Assembly (NCBI GenBank): GCA_012295275.1
Contig: CM022671.1
Span: forward strand, 29,016,001 to 29,080,000
Direction: 5' to 3'
Source: Chrysomallon squamiferum
Taxonomy: Eukaryota > Animalia > Mollusca
DNA length: 64,000 nucleotides
This document shows positions 1-14,550 of this stretch, one piece after another. Position numbers and translations under genes: made by a program. The notes under the pieces were generated by a model. That model did not search any database, was not told the DNA's origin, and saw only the letters and a program-made list of their open reading frames with translations. How positions within the stretch are numbered: position 1 is the first letter of the stretch; each line of letters begins with the position of its first letter.

Positions 1-713
1 TTCTGTAGTACATGTGATGCTATCAAAGATTAAAAAATTAAATATTTTTCTACTGATGTGGACTAAAGGAGATGTTATCAAATGTCACAAAACAGTTATT
101 TCTGTTCAAGGCAGCATGGTTGATGCAAATTAAATATGTTCAAGTATGCTTGCTGTGGACACAATCTCTCTCTATTAAACTAACATCTCTCTGTATATAA
201 TACACATCTGGTTTTATTAGGATGCATAGTGAATGGGGTGTTACTCACTAGAAAAATTAAGAATGGAGGAGAAATAGGGAGAGTGGGAGGAGAGAGAAGG
301 GGAGGGAAATAGGGTGAGGGGGAGGAGACACAAAGGGAGCAAACAAAAGATAAATGATGTTTACTATGAAATACAAAACACAGATCAATGATCTATCATG
401 TTTTTGTTTTTTACTTTTCTAAGCTTTCTTAAAATACTTCTTTGGGTTCATTAGCAATTAACAAAACTGTATTCACAACATGAATGAAGCAGAGAGAAAC
501 GTTCTGATTGTAAATTATCTCTCAGTTGATTTACTGGTTTGATAACTTTAGTCATCTCTTTGCTCTGCAGGATCTAATTTTTTTTATTATTATTTATTCT
601 GAATATTAGTTTTCCTTTGTTTCTTTTATGATTGATTTATTTGTTTATTTATACATTAGCTTATTTTATTTACGTATTTATTTTATTAATTAATTTATTT
701 ACTTATTTATTCT

Positions 714-764
<51 letters not shown>

Positions 765-2011
765 TTTGTTCTTTATTTATAATATTTATTTATTTATTTA
801 TTTTATTTTATTTTATTTTATTCTTTCTATATTACTGTACATTATTATTGCAATTTCCATTATTTTTATCATTAATATTATTTTTATTATTTGTAATTCT
901 TTTATTTATAATCCTGCTTTTAAACAGAAAAAATATTTTATCACTTAACTGATTATTTTATTTTTTGTATGTGGGTTTGCATGTTTTGAGGTTTGCATGT
1001 ATACAAGAGTAAATGTAATTTGACTGTTTTTTCTTTCTACTTCAGCATTCTTCTTGCTTTTTTCCTTTCTAATTTTTTTTTTTTCTATCTTAATTTTTTT
1101 TTCTTTATTGCATTTATAAATATTTGATAAGATCTGCTGTAGATTAGATTAACCTTTCTAACATCTCTGAGTTTTCAACAACCATGTTGATGTTGCTCTT
1201 GATGATAATGTTTATTTCTTTTGAAACTTTAAAGGTTTCTGTTTGCAAAAAATAAATAAATAATTTTTTTCTTATTTCATGTGTATTTAGGATGTATGTT
1301 CTTTCATTATCTTTGGCGGAGACATTAATGTTTGTGTTGTTTTGTTGTTTTTTTCCATTTTTTTTTATGTTGTTGTTGTTTATTATACTTTTATTTTTAA
1401 TATTATAATTTTTTGGAGGATGAGGTACTGGGAGTTTTTTTTAAAGTTTATTTTATTTATTGATTTGTCCAACTACTACTACTATTACTACTACTACAAC
1501 AACTACAGCTACTATAACATCTACTATTATTATTATTATTAATATTTCTATTCTGCTATTACAACCATTTTATTCCCTAATACAATATTCATTTAAATTT
1601 TTTCTAATTTTTATGTTTACATACTTTTTTAATGGCACCTATCACTTTAATAAACATTAATCCGCACTTTATTCGACGACTAAGTTACTGCAGTGTGAAT
1701 TCATTCTGAATAGATTTAGCGTGTTAATGAAAACTAATACTATAAAAGCATGATGTGAGAGATACATCCATGTCTCCATTGATTCTGAATCACTGCCTGC
1801 TTTCACTGACTAACATTTAACAACAGAAATAATGCCCACTCGATTTCCAGGAAGTTGATCTGTACTTGTTTGACTAGAGTGATGATGATCTGACTTCAGT
1901 GCAGTCCTGTACCACTCAGTGTGAGATTAGTAATAAGCTGATGGTTATGTAATTGTGATTGGTTTGTAGGGCAGTTATGTAGGCCGTTGTGTTTCTGAGA
2001 GAGGGATTTAA

Positions 2012-2092
<81 letters not shown>

Positions 2093-2455
2093 AAGAGAAG
2101 GAACAAATGAGAGGAGTGAAGGGTAAAAAGAATAGAGGAGAAATAGGAAGAGGAAGGAAGGAGAAGGGGAATGGAAGAAAAAAGAAAGTGGGAAGGGAAG
2201 ACAAAGAATGGAAGAAAAACAGGGGGGAAGGGAAGCAGAGAGAAAGAGAGGGAAATTGAAAAAAAGGTCAGACTGATGAAGAGACTGAGGTTGCCAAAAA
2301 CATACATAGAGAAAATTAAAGTGACAGACTGTGGCAGAATGAGAGAGAGAGAGAGGGATAGAGAGACAGTGAGAGAGAAACATAGAACAACAATGCAGAG
2401 AAGAAAGAAGAATAGCAAAGACAGAAAGAGGGGAGAGAGAAATAAATAGAAACAA
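2012..2455. repeat. (GA)n microsatellite plus purine-rich tract
   Basis: Direct inspection. Confidence 0.9.
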
Positions 2456-3538
2456 TGATTTTTTTTTTTAACTTCAACATTAAATTTTCTTATGTTTAAA
2501 AACAGACCATGTTAATTATAATTTACACTATTAATGTGTTTTTGATTTAATAACCTTTCATTCAATTTATCATTCACAATAAAACATATATTAATTTCTG
2601 ATATAAAGACATCATAGCAAGAACCTAGATTTAGCCAAAATTCTTATATATATATATATATATAAACATTAAAATAAAAATCTACAACAGTTAGACAACA
2701 TTAACAGCACAGAACTGGCCACATGTGGCAGTTTCTGTTTCCTTTTCTCATCTTAATTCCTTTTTTATACAAGAAATGCAGCCAGTGTTTTGCAACAACA
2801 ATAACAACGACAAGGCTGTTTGTAAAGAAACAAATTGAAATAAAATCAACTGACTGCAGAAATAATTAAACTTTGAGTCCAAGGACCTGACAAAGCAGAT
2901 GTCTGGTCAAACAGTCACTTGCTTCACAAAGAACAGCAAATTAATCAAATCAGAAAGGTTTATATAAAAGTGTTGTGTACAGAACTGAATTCAGGTCAAG
3001 TCATCATGTTCTGATGCGATCTAGAATCAGAAACGAGACAAAATAAAACTGAATTGGTCTCTGGTATAGTCAGAGTGTGTGTGTTTTTTTGCAATAGGCA
3101 TGCTTTTATAATTTTCTTATGGGAAAAAGCTAATAAAAAAAATAAATAAATAAATAAAAAAAATAATAATAAAAATGATGCACTAAACATATAATATTGC
3201 TCTACTCCACAGAACCAATTTCAAACCACATTACCTCAGCTTTTAAAAAAATATCTAAAAATTATGATTATATTAAAAGATTATATGAAATTAATAACGG
3301 AAATGTAGGTCTTACACTAATCAGCTTACACTGAGACTTGATGTATCAGAACTTACGTCAAAATGAATGAACGAATAAACAACTAAATGAATACAACTTC
3401 CATTGCATGTCAAATTCACTCAGTGTGCATTATAAGTATACATCAGGTTTAATTCTCATGATTAATCTTCTCTTCTGGATTTGTTTTTTAACTTACTCAA
3501 AACATAATAATTCTGTGAAAATCATGAATAAAACCATT

Positions 3539-3569
<31 letters not shown>

Positions 3570-4299
3570 CGTGCACAAATGGCCAGAAAATTAAATAAAT
3601 AAATAAATAAATATAACCCCAGAGACACAAAGATAATGGAATAACTGAGTAAAGGTAATACTTTCTATTAAACACAGAGCAAGCAGCTAGAAGTGTTTCC
3701 CACTTACACTTGATAGGAAACACACCCCAGATATACTCCCCTGTGACATGCAATAACTGAATTAGCTGATGACCAATCCATGCAAAACTGGTTTTGTTAA
3801 CAGTCTGGCACTTATCAGTAATTCTCTACAGCATAAAGCATTTTCTAAAGTAGTCTATATTCTCAACAGTAGATTGTCATTATTCTCTTCATCAGACTCA
3901 GTATTTTATAAAGTAGATTGTATGTTCTAAAGTAGGCAGTTTATATTCTCTACTGGAATCTGTAGTTTCTACAGAAAACAGAACATTATCTGCAATACTG
4001 TCTGAATTTTATAGTAGTCTGAATACTCTGCAGTAGCAAGTATTTTCTACAGCAGTCATTTTAGACAAAAATGAAAGATTAGCAGAAAAAAACTTTTCAT
4101 GTGCACCTTCCCCAAAACACATGAAAGAAAACACCCAGTGGTATCATCTAAACGACTAATTATTCTTACTTTTATTTTATTTATAATTTTATATATACAC
4201 ACATTAATATTTATTTATTTTATTTATTTTATTTATTTTATTTATTTTGTTTATTTTATTTATTTTATTTATTTTGTTTTGTTTGTTCTTTTTTGCTTA

Positions 4300-4545
4300 A
4301 AGTTAAAGACATGAAAGAGAAAACCCACTGACATCACTCCTAAGTGCCACTGTTAACAATCAGCAATAATGATAATTTTTCATGCACCATCCCACAAACA
4401 GGAAAACAAAAGTCACATCCTTCGTTAAACAGATCCCATTAAACACTGAATGAAATGGCAAACAATCCTGTGAGAGTAATGACAAGGATTGAACCTGAAG
4501 CTAATCATACCTAAATCTCGTGCTTTCTGACCATTCACCCACTTG
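4300..4545 (-). mobile_element. Degenerate tRNA-derived SINE
   Basis: Pol III B-box GGTTCAATCC on the minus strand (4486-4495), weak A-box-like tgggtgaatgg about 40 bp upstream, and an A-rich simple-repeat tail below 4290; internal atgcaccatcccacaaacagga resembles a gastropod SINE I recall (unverified). Confidence 0.5.
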
Positions 4546-7039
4546 GAATCCTCCTTTCAGGCATAACTTGCTTGCATCATCTGTGTGTGCAACAAATGGC
4601 CAAGAAGAAAAAGTCATTTAATTTGCACAGAGCAGGATAACAAATATTTACTTTTAATATGCCGCCATCAATTCGCTGTGTTAACATTCACTTGGAGCTG
4701 AATAACCAACATGTCCCACGTGAGTGTTGAACAAATGAATTAGAGAACACACACAGAGAGCTCAGTACAAAAAAACATTTTATCTCATGTTGAAGCATCA
4801 CCAAACCATTTTAACTGTTTTTCCTCTTTCTTCATTAAATACAGAGATGAAAAGGAAATTTCCTTTTAATCTCGAAACATACGTTTTTGCTGAAGAAATA
4901 TTGTTAAGGCTGAGTGATCTACTCTTCTAAGAAATACAACTATCCCAAGACTGTGGGATCAGTCCTCATCAATATTTTACAGTAGTAGAAGTAGTAGTAG
5001 TAATAACAGTACTAACAGTTGTACTACTAATAATAACAATAACAGTAATAAAATCATGGTAAAAACAACACAAAAACACACAAAAACAAACATAAATAAA
5101 TAACAATGATAATAATAAAGATGATGACTATCATAGTAAACACAGTATATTAACAACAACTAATAATAATAATAATAATAACAATAATAATAACAATAAC
5201 AATAATAAAATAATAATAATAACAATAATAATATATGTATCCCATGTTTGACATTTAACAGTATAACAGTCACAGAGTGCACTAGTGTTGGTGTTGAATA
5301 AAAACTAATTTCAACTGAAACCTTGTAAAAGCAGTGCCAGTGTTTGCTTCTTTTTCAAAATGTCCTAGTTCAGTTATTATTTCAACAGGTTTTCAATCTC
5401 CACTACACTTCTACCATTGCCATCACTTAATCAGATATCTGACAGCAAAAAGACTTCAGTTTAAAAACAACAAAAAACCAACAACTGAATAGAAGGCGTA
5501 AAACAAAATATCAACAACTAGTTTTGATGGAAACTTTTAACACATTACGCATGGTGGACATTCTGTCAAAAGATTACCTCACAAGGAAAATTTATAAAAA
5601 TATTTTTTAACAATGGAGGTCTGAGCAGGAAATTCAGTATTCAGAGCACTCCTGGAGAGAGCTGGGTCACTAGATAAATCCCCAATAATGCACCGGTTGG
5701 GTTATTTTCTTATTCAATCCAGGCTTACATGATTAGCATATCAAATAACATGCGACAGCCATCACCAAGCTTTTCACGCTTGTCACCCACATGACTTCCA
5801 TTCTTGATCTCCATTAAACAACATCCCCCACTTCGTTCCAGCCATTATTCCATAAATGTGTAAGGAATTTTGACTTACAATGCAGACTGAGTGAATCACA
5901 GAAGCATCAAATTAATTTTTTTTTTTATCACCACATTAGAAACTTTCCATTGCTCCCTAGGGGACAATACTGCCCACTTTTAGGAGTCACTGGTATGTGA
6001 TATACAATGGAAAAAGTGTTTATTAAAAAAAAAAAAAAAAAATCTTTTACTTCCAGTTAGTTAGAGTGGTTAGTGATGTGAATGCAGATGGTTTCCTCTT
6101 TTTTACTGTTGTAGCAGGATACAGAGCTAATAACCAGGAATATACTGACAAGTTCTAACACAATATATTAATTTTTTTTACTCCATTATTTAATAATTCA
6201 GTTATTTATTTATTAATTAATTAATTTATTTATATCTTCATTCAGGTTTATTTTATATGTACATTCATTTATATATTCATTCATAAATTCATTTCTTTAT
6301 TCATTTTTTATTCATTAATATATTCACTAGTCGATTTACTCATGTATTCACTTGTTTATTCATGCATTCATTTGCTCATTCATACATTCATTTCTTTATT
6401 CATTAATGTATTCACTGGTTGATGTATTCATATATTAATTTGCTCATTTATGTATTCATTTATTTATTCATTAATATATATTCATTGGTTGATTTATTCA
6501 AGTATTCATTTGTTGATTCATCATTCATTATGATTAATATAACCTACAAAGAAATGCAGAAGAAAAAGATAATCGTCTGAATTAAATCTGACTTGTAATG
6601 AATCTGATATGCAGTGCAGGTTATATAAACTTTAACAGGATCTAACACAATTAAAAAAAATAATAATAAAAATAAAAATTAATTTAAAACCCATAACTAA
6701 TGATTCGCAAGATGCAGTGATTACAACCTGACTGTAAGCATTACAGCTCTTACCTAGTTTAACATTACAGTACCAGTCATCCAAAGCTAAATCATACTTT
6801 CTCTACTCCTAGTTCTAAATCATCACACTTCGACAGTACTGGTGGACTGGCTTTGGTTCAGCTCACCAGTGTTAATATTCACCAGTGTCTTCTGATCTGT
6901 GTGATCAGCAGTGTTAAATTTCAATTTGGTTCCTACATAATAAATGCTTGGAAAAAATAATGGGTTCCAGTGTGGGCTGTTCAGATGATAGTTTCCATAA
7001 GAAAGGCTGACACTACTGAAGCCCACGTGTAATGAAATA

Positions 7040-7079
7040 TTAATAAGACCTTCTGGAAGGACAATAGTTTCCAAGCTGC
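7040..7079 (-). CDS. Candidate downstream or terminal exon: (R)QLGNYCPSRRSY-stop
   Basis: Acceptor ccttattttcctacag| at 7080; in the phase-2 frame TAA lies at 7040-7042. The frame is uncertain if unseen exons intervene. Confidence 0.4.
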
Positions 7080-8398
7080 CTGTAGGAAAATAAGGTCAGT
7101 TGTGAAACAAGTGCTTTTAGGTCTCTTCGTTGTTTTTTCAGATTGTTTGTTTCTGGTATTGATGAAGTTATTTTTATATATATTTTTTTTATTTATATTT
7201 TTTATATTTATTTTACTTATATTTATTTATTTAGTTAGTTAGTTAGTTTGTTAGTTACTTAGTTATTTAGTTACTTAGTTGTTTGTTTGTTCTTGTTTGT
7301 TTTGTTTTTTTGTTTTACAAAATTACATGCTATACTATACTATATAAATTGACTACAATATAATAACTTCACTATACTACAGTGTCTTAAACTTCACTAA
7401 ATTTCACAATACTACCCCACATACTCTACTATCCCACTCTGTACTGTCCAACACAACATTTATATTCTTTATGTTTAAATTATTTATTTCATTTTAAAAA
7501 AATATATATATATATATATTATTATTATTATTTTTTTTTTTTTTTCACTTAATTATTATTATTATTATTTTTTTTTTTTTTTTCTTGTCTGTATGTACTT
7601 TTTGTTTGTTATTTATGAGGGTCATGTGAGTATGTTTAATAATTTTGCAATCAAAAACAAAACTGCTCTTTTTAATTTTAAGAAATTCATAAAACATGTT
7701 AGTGCATGAAGTGCAAGGGATTTTTTTGAAGTATAAATATATTAATAATGATGGATATATATATATATATATAATTTATATATTTAAATTCTTCACTTAT
7801 CTATAACAATTAATTTCTTAATTTTAAAAATTTATTGCTTTTATTCATTTTTATGAACTATTTACGGTTATAATTTTTCTGTTGAATTTTTAAATTAATA
7901 TTTTTTTTAAATATTTTTTTTTTTTGTTCTGCTTTTTGACATTTAACAATTGAAATAGATTAATAACTATTATGAAGATAAGTACAATGATTAAAAAAGT
8001 TTTTTTTAAAAATGAATATCCAAGTTTTTATTATTATATTCTTTATTTTTTTTATTTTTTATTTTAATTTCCCATTAATTAATATATTTTCAGCCATTAA
8101 ATTTTTTTATATGAAATATAGGTAAAAACATTAATAGGTTATTTATTTTAAAAAGTTAAAACACACATATTATACAATTAAGTGCAGTACCTCATGAAGT
8201 ACAGTTTCATACATATGTAAAGTAGCAAAATAAATATGGTGTCATCAGTACTGGTTTTAATGAAACATTATTGTTGTTGTTGTTGTTGTTGTTTGTTCTT
8301 GTTCTTAATATTATTATTGTTATTGTTTTTGTTTTTATTACTATTATTATTACTATTACTATTATTATTATTATCACTGTTATTGTTGTTCATTGTTA

Positions 8399-8447
<49 letters not shown>

Positions 8448-9394
8448 GTGCTGTATTAAAAGGAAATGAAAACAAAACAGCTTAGTGTTCTATAAAAATT
8501 GTTAAATACATTTATATTAGAAAATAAGAAAGAGACAGATATACAGACAGACATGAGAGAGAGAAACAGAGAGAGAATGAGAGATAGAAAGTAAGAGAAA
8601 GAAAGACAAAAATACAGAGAAACTTACAATATCAATGTTCTGAAAACACTAAGGAATTTATTAATAATTTACAACAAGAATGTCAAATGTTAAAACCATT
8701 GTGATTGTAAAACCACTGTACATTCAGTTAATGTATATGTGAACTGTAAACATCTCTAATTGTTTGTGTCTACACGTGTTTTCATATGCATGTAAAGCAG
8801 ATGAATTTGGGGTGAATAACCCGTAATTAGAACACTCATCAACCTATATGTATTATCACAGTTACTTTTAACATGTAAGTTTGCCATTACAAGCCAACTT
8901 GAACCTCTAAGAATGGAGAGAAAGCTGTTAAATGTTTCCACAGAACTGATTATTACTACTTGAAAACATGTTCAGGAGAGAAAAAGACAACAGCACTGAC
9001 ATTAAATGCTGGTTTAGTAAATTCAACATGTCTAATACATCCAGTAATAGCAATATGCAATGAAGATTAAATAATACTGATATACAACAGAGGTGAAATA
9101 AAAATGTATATCAAATAAATGTGACACAAAAGCTAAAAAAAAAAAAATTAAAAATAAAAGGGATAGATCCCAAAGATAAAAATAAACTATTAAGAAATGT
9201 AGATAAGATAAACATGTAGGTGAAAAGGAGTCCAAAAAAAAAAAATTTTAATTAATAGAAATGCAAATGAAAGGAATTGAAATAAAACTCATACATACAG
9301 CATGTAAAATAAAACTGGCATATAAAACAGATGTAATAAACATGATATGTAATACAGGTAAAAAAATAAAATACTATTTAATAAAGTGTCTCAC

Positions 9395-9436
9395 CTGTGT
9401 GACGATGCATGCATTGACATTTTCTCATCAGCACAA
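9395..9436 (-). CDS. Candidate 42-nt symmetric cassette exon: (S)CADEKMSMHASSH(R)
   Basis: tttttttgtttttgttag|TTGTGCTG...CACACAG|gtgaga; length a multiple of 3, phase 2 to phase 2, open in the frame set by the 12149 exon. Confidence 0.5.
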
Positions 9437-9894
9437 CTAACAAAAACAAAAAAAACAACACAACAGTGAGCAGGTGAGACAACAGCTGCAACAACAACAG
9501 CAATACATATTACACAACCTACACAGTGAACAATAAAACAGCATTTACAGATATTTACATAATTTATATACTGATATACAATCAAAGTTGTTTATGCAAT
9601 TTACTTAAAAACTAACGTACAGTCAATAATTAAAAGTCAGTTAGCATACTAAAATAATACATGTAAACTGTATATTTACTAACATGCATAATTATATATA
9701 TATATATATACACACACACACTGAAATACAGATTTTTATATAAACATACTTAAACTAAGACATACACATACATGCATACATACATAAATACATAAATATA
9801 TGCACACATAGTCACACACACACACACACACACACATACACTGAAACTCAAACATGTTCACCCACACTTAAACTAAGATATTCATATACATGCA

Positions 9895-10012
9895 TATATA
9901 CATATATATATATATATATTCTGTGTGTGTGTATATATATATATATATATTCTGTGTGTGTGTGTATATATATACATATATATATTCTGTGTGTATATAT
10001 ATATATATATTC

Positions 10013-10043
<31 letters not shown>

Positions 10044-10080
10044 TCTGTGTGTGTGTGTATATATATACATATATATATTC

Positions 10081-10115
<35 letters not shown>

Positions 10116-10117
10116 TC

Positions 10118-10159
<42 letters not shown>

Positions 10160-10160
10160 C
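9895..10160. repeat. Higher-order microsatellite [(TA)n-ttc-(TG)n] repeated about 8 times
   Basis: Recurrent tatattctgtgtg junctions. Confidence 0.9.
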
Positions 10161-11170
10161 CTGACAAACAAAATCTGTATATATCTTCACCTCTACACAC
10201 AAGAACACCTGTACACATCCACACACGAACACACATGCACGCACACACACAAACACACACACACACACAAACACTTATAAAAAAAATACTTACATATACA
10301 AACATACACAAACTATATACTATATATTGATATATATTGATATATATATATATAAATGTTCATGCACAGCACAAGTCTGATAATAACTAAATATTAAAAC
10401 GACATTCTACTACACAATAAACAGCACTTAACAATTTGCATGCCGAGCCCACCGTGAACAACACTGTGTTGACTGGTGACGAGAAAGCATTGACTGCTGA
10501 GTTTATTGCAGTGTGTTTAGTGAGTGTTCTTAACATCCATTACAAAGGTTTTAGTAAGTCTGGGTAACAGGTGCATAGAGATTTTATGTATGTGGCTTTA
10601 TCTTTGTTGTATGTGTGTGTGTCTGTGTGTGTGTCTGTGAATGTGCGTGTGTGTGTAGATGGATGAATGGTTTATGTATGTATATATGTATGTATATATG
10701 TGTGCATGTATAAATAGATGGATGGATGGATGGATGGATTTTGTATATATTTATATATAAGTATGTATGTATATGTGTATCTAAAGTATGTATGTATGTA
10801 TGTATGTATGTATTATTATTATTAATAAATGTGCTTTTATGTCACATTAATAAATTAACTCAGACAGTAAAATGAAGGTTGTACTTTTGTTCTACAAATC
10901 TTGAACTCAATCTAACTAGGCATTTTGTGCTTTCTACAAAATTGCCACATCTGGTTTCTTGTTCACTTATTAAAGTTTGTTTCAGATTTATATTTTAAAA
11001 AATATTCCCATAAAGCATAAAATATGTTAATTATATATTAAAAAATGCAATTAATTAAACTTAAACTTAAAAAAATAAAACATTAAATACTGTATCTGTG
11101 TCAATTTATAGGTACAAAATGTGGCAATAAAAATGGATGCACTGACCCAGTCTTTGGTGCATTTTTGATA

Positions 11171-11216
<46 letters not shown>

Positions 11217-11224
11217 ATGCTGGA

Positions 11225-11258
<34 letters not shown>

Positions 11259-11677
11259 ATTTGTAACAAATGAAAAAAAAAGACCATGAGATAACTGGCA
11301 TGTTATGCATTGATTATGAACACTTATTGCAGTTTATTACAGAAAGAATATATAACAAAATGTATACATAAAGACAGACTGATTCAGAATTCTCAGCAAT
11401 TTCTTGGAAGATTCAGGATTTCTGATTAAAGGGAAACTATCTTTGTAAAAGGGTTTAACTTTCATGATAAAATGAGTTTCATTGTAAAACAAAATGGTCA
11501 CAAAATTTAAAAAAAAATTAAATTAAATTAAATTTTAATATTTTAAAATAAAATATTGAAGAGTATATTCTGGATGTATCTCAATTTTTGATGAATATTT
11601 ATTTTATTCTGGTTTTTATTTTTTAATTGCAGGCACAACCATAGTCTTTGATTGGTGATTCATGAAATTATCATTTC

Positions 11678-12136
<459 letters not shown>

Positions 12137-12148
12137 TCAAAAGCTTAC

Positions 12149-12233
12149 CTTATTTCTCCAATTTTTGGAGGTCTCCTGGCACGAGGTATGTACACCTGCA
12201 AAGGTTCAGGTGAAGAGCAGAATCCACTAGCAC
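12149..12233 (-). CDS. 85-nt coding exon of unidentified minus-strand gene: (G)[27 protein letters not shown]
   Basis: ttattttatttttacag|GTGCTAGT...GAAATAAG|gtaagc; strong splice sites both sides; only the phase 1 to phase 2 frame is stop-free; GC-richer than flanks. Confidence 0.75.
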
Positions 12234-12343
12234 CTGTAAAAATAAAATAAAAAATACTAAATTCATTTATAACAAACTAATAGGACACTCTATTTGAAAT
12301 ATCGAAAATTACTTAATATAGATATATGTGAATCTGTGTACAT

Positions 12344-12388
<45 letters not shown>

Positions 12389-12423
12389 TTTGTATATATA
12401 TATATATATATATGGAAAAATGT

Positions 12424-12489
<66 letters not shown>

Positions 12490-12777
12490 AATGTGTGTAT
12501 GTATATATCTAGGTACATCAGAAAAACAAATTAAGTTATTCTGATTTTATTGTTATTCATATCACTCATAAGAGCTTAAAAAAAGGAAGAAAATAAAATC
12601 AAGATCTTTGAAAAGGTACCAAGATGTTTATGATTGGTCAGTTACTGCAAAATTACGGTTTTTTATTTGATTTAAAAAATCATGTGTTTTTCAACACAAA
12701 TGAAGAGGGAAAAGTGTGCACATTTTCTGGTGGACTTGCAATTAAAGTAACCATAACTTTCTGAGAACGAAATCAAT

Positions 12778-12853
12778 GTGACAGAATGAAAATAATGAAA
12801 TAACAGCTCAAGGTGACAGAATGAAAATAATGAAATAATAGCTCAAGGTGACA
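12778..12853. repeat. 35-bp tandem duplication (gtgacagaatgaaaataatgaaataacagctcaag)
   Basis: Two adjacent copies. Confidence 0.8.
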
Positions 12854-13341
12854 TTATGTTAGAAAAGGCACAGTCTTGCAAGGCAGCTGACGTGAAATTT
12901 CATCAAGTAAAATATTTTAACTAAAGTACTATCAGTGTTTCAAGAAAAACGTTTCATAAATTGGTCATTTTTTTTTTTTTGAAAATCTTCTTTTTGTCAA
13001 ATTTTTATAAAATTCTGCTCAGATGAAAACAAGACTAGTAGGACAACTTTCAGCAAAGTCTGAACTATGTCATGAAAGTGTTTCCTTTACAAGTTTCCAA
13101 AACTTTGGCCAGTTAGTGTAGTATCAAGATAGCCACTGACGTGCAAGGCAGAAAAAAAAGGTGCAAACAGTTTTCAAATGAAATTGGTCTGTCAGGACCT
13201 CTTTCTGGTATATACTGGTACATACATTTTATTCTGCTGTCTACAAACACAAAATTGTAAAGGATAAATGCACACATGAACCTTCTTTCTTTTTTCTTTT
13301 TTACTTCTCCTACTTATTCATTCACTTTCACAAATACACTG

Positions 13342-13376
<35 letters not shown>

Positions 13377-13781
13377 ATGTATACAAACAACAAAATAAAA
13401 ATACACTGTAAGTCATGAATTACCAACATCCACTTTTTATCTGACATATATTAAAAACAGTTGTGACCTGAAGGAAAATTAAGAACAAAAATCAAATCAG
13501 ATATAAAATTAATTAATTCCAATCTGATTAGAAATTTATGGCAAAGTCAGCAATCATATGACAGCTGATATACTAAAACATTTCTCTGAAGTAAAAACGG
13601 CCAAAAAAAATAAATAAATTCAAAATCAGCCCCACATTACATAAACATACAGTGATATCAAATTAAAATGAATGGACATTTCATAAAACATACATATAAA
13701 CACGCACACACACACACAGACAGACAGACACACACACACATCTATATTATTAAAAATATTTACAAAAAAAAAGAACAAAAC

Positions 13782-13824
13782 CTGAATGCTCCATCCTCTC
13801 TTCATCAGAAATATCCGAATTCAT
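13782..13824 (-). CDS. Candidate alternative first coding exon MNSDISDEERMEHS(G)
   Basis: aagATG at 13824 preceded by an in-frame TAG; ends CATTCAG|gttttg (phase 1, compatible with the 12233 exon); donor is weak. Confidence 0.3.
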
Positions 13825-14177
13825 CTTCACCTATCTGACAGAAACTACAGCCAACATTGCTATAATATTCACCACCAACAAGATTCAGTTTAAAAAAGTC
13901 TCTCGTTATATCATCTGTCAAGCATTAACTTCAGCCCAATGTTTTTGATATTGCTGTTTACTCTGTGCATTTCTTGTAATGTGTTTCTAGGTTCTTCATT
14001 TCATTTAAAGAAGAAATTGTAATGTTTGTCACACATCTGACCTAGGCTACAGATCTCTGACAATGTTCATTTGTTGTTTCCTGTTGTGTGAGATAACTGT
14101 ATATACCGTATACTTTATGTTTTACCTAAATAACTGTATACCATATATGGTATGCACAGGTATTTAGGTAAACCAAA

Positions 14178-14180
<3 letters not shown>

Positions 14181-14248
<68 letters not shown>

Positions 14249-14550
14249 TCTCTCTGTCTCTGTCTTTCTCTCTATCTCTATGTTTCTCTCTCTCTCTCTC
14301 TCTCTCCATATCTCTCTATCTCTGTCTGTCTCTCGCTCTCTCTCTCTCTCTCTATGTTTCTCCATTTCTCTCTCTGTCTCTGTCTCTCTCTCTCTCTATC
14401 CCTCTCTCTCAACCCTCTGCCTCTTACTTTCTATCTCCCTCTATTTCTCTCTCTCTCACTGTTCCCACTCTCTTTACTTATCTTTCATTCTTTCAGTTCC
14501 CTGCAACTCCCTTTTCCCCATTCCTTCTTCTGTCTCTTTTTCTCTGCCCA
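14181..14550. repeat. (TC)n microsatellite plus pyrimidine-rich tract
   Basis: Direct inspection. Confidence 0.9.

Noticed and set aside
200-330. Minus-strand pyrimidine tract and acceptor (ttctag at 248) with nearby AATAAA as a possible terminal exon
   Set aside because: The tract is a generic GA-rich low-complexity stretch and would add only two codons; no independent support.
12600-13210. Sequence with the look of a DNA-transposon interior (also about 11425-11600 and 14920-15130)
   Set aside because: No terminal inverted repeats or target-site duplications could be identified, so it cannot be called without a repeat-library search.
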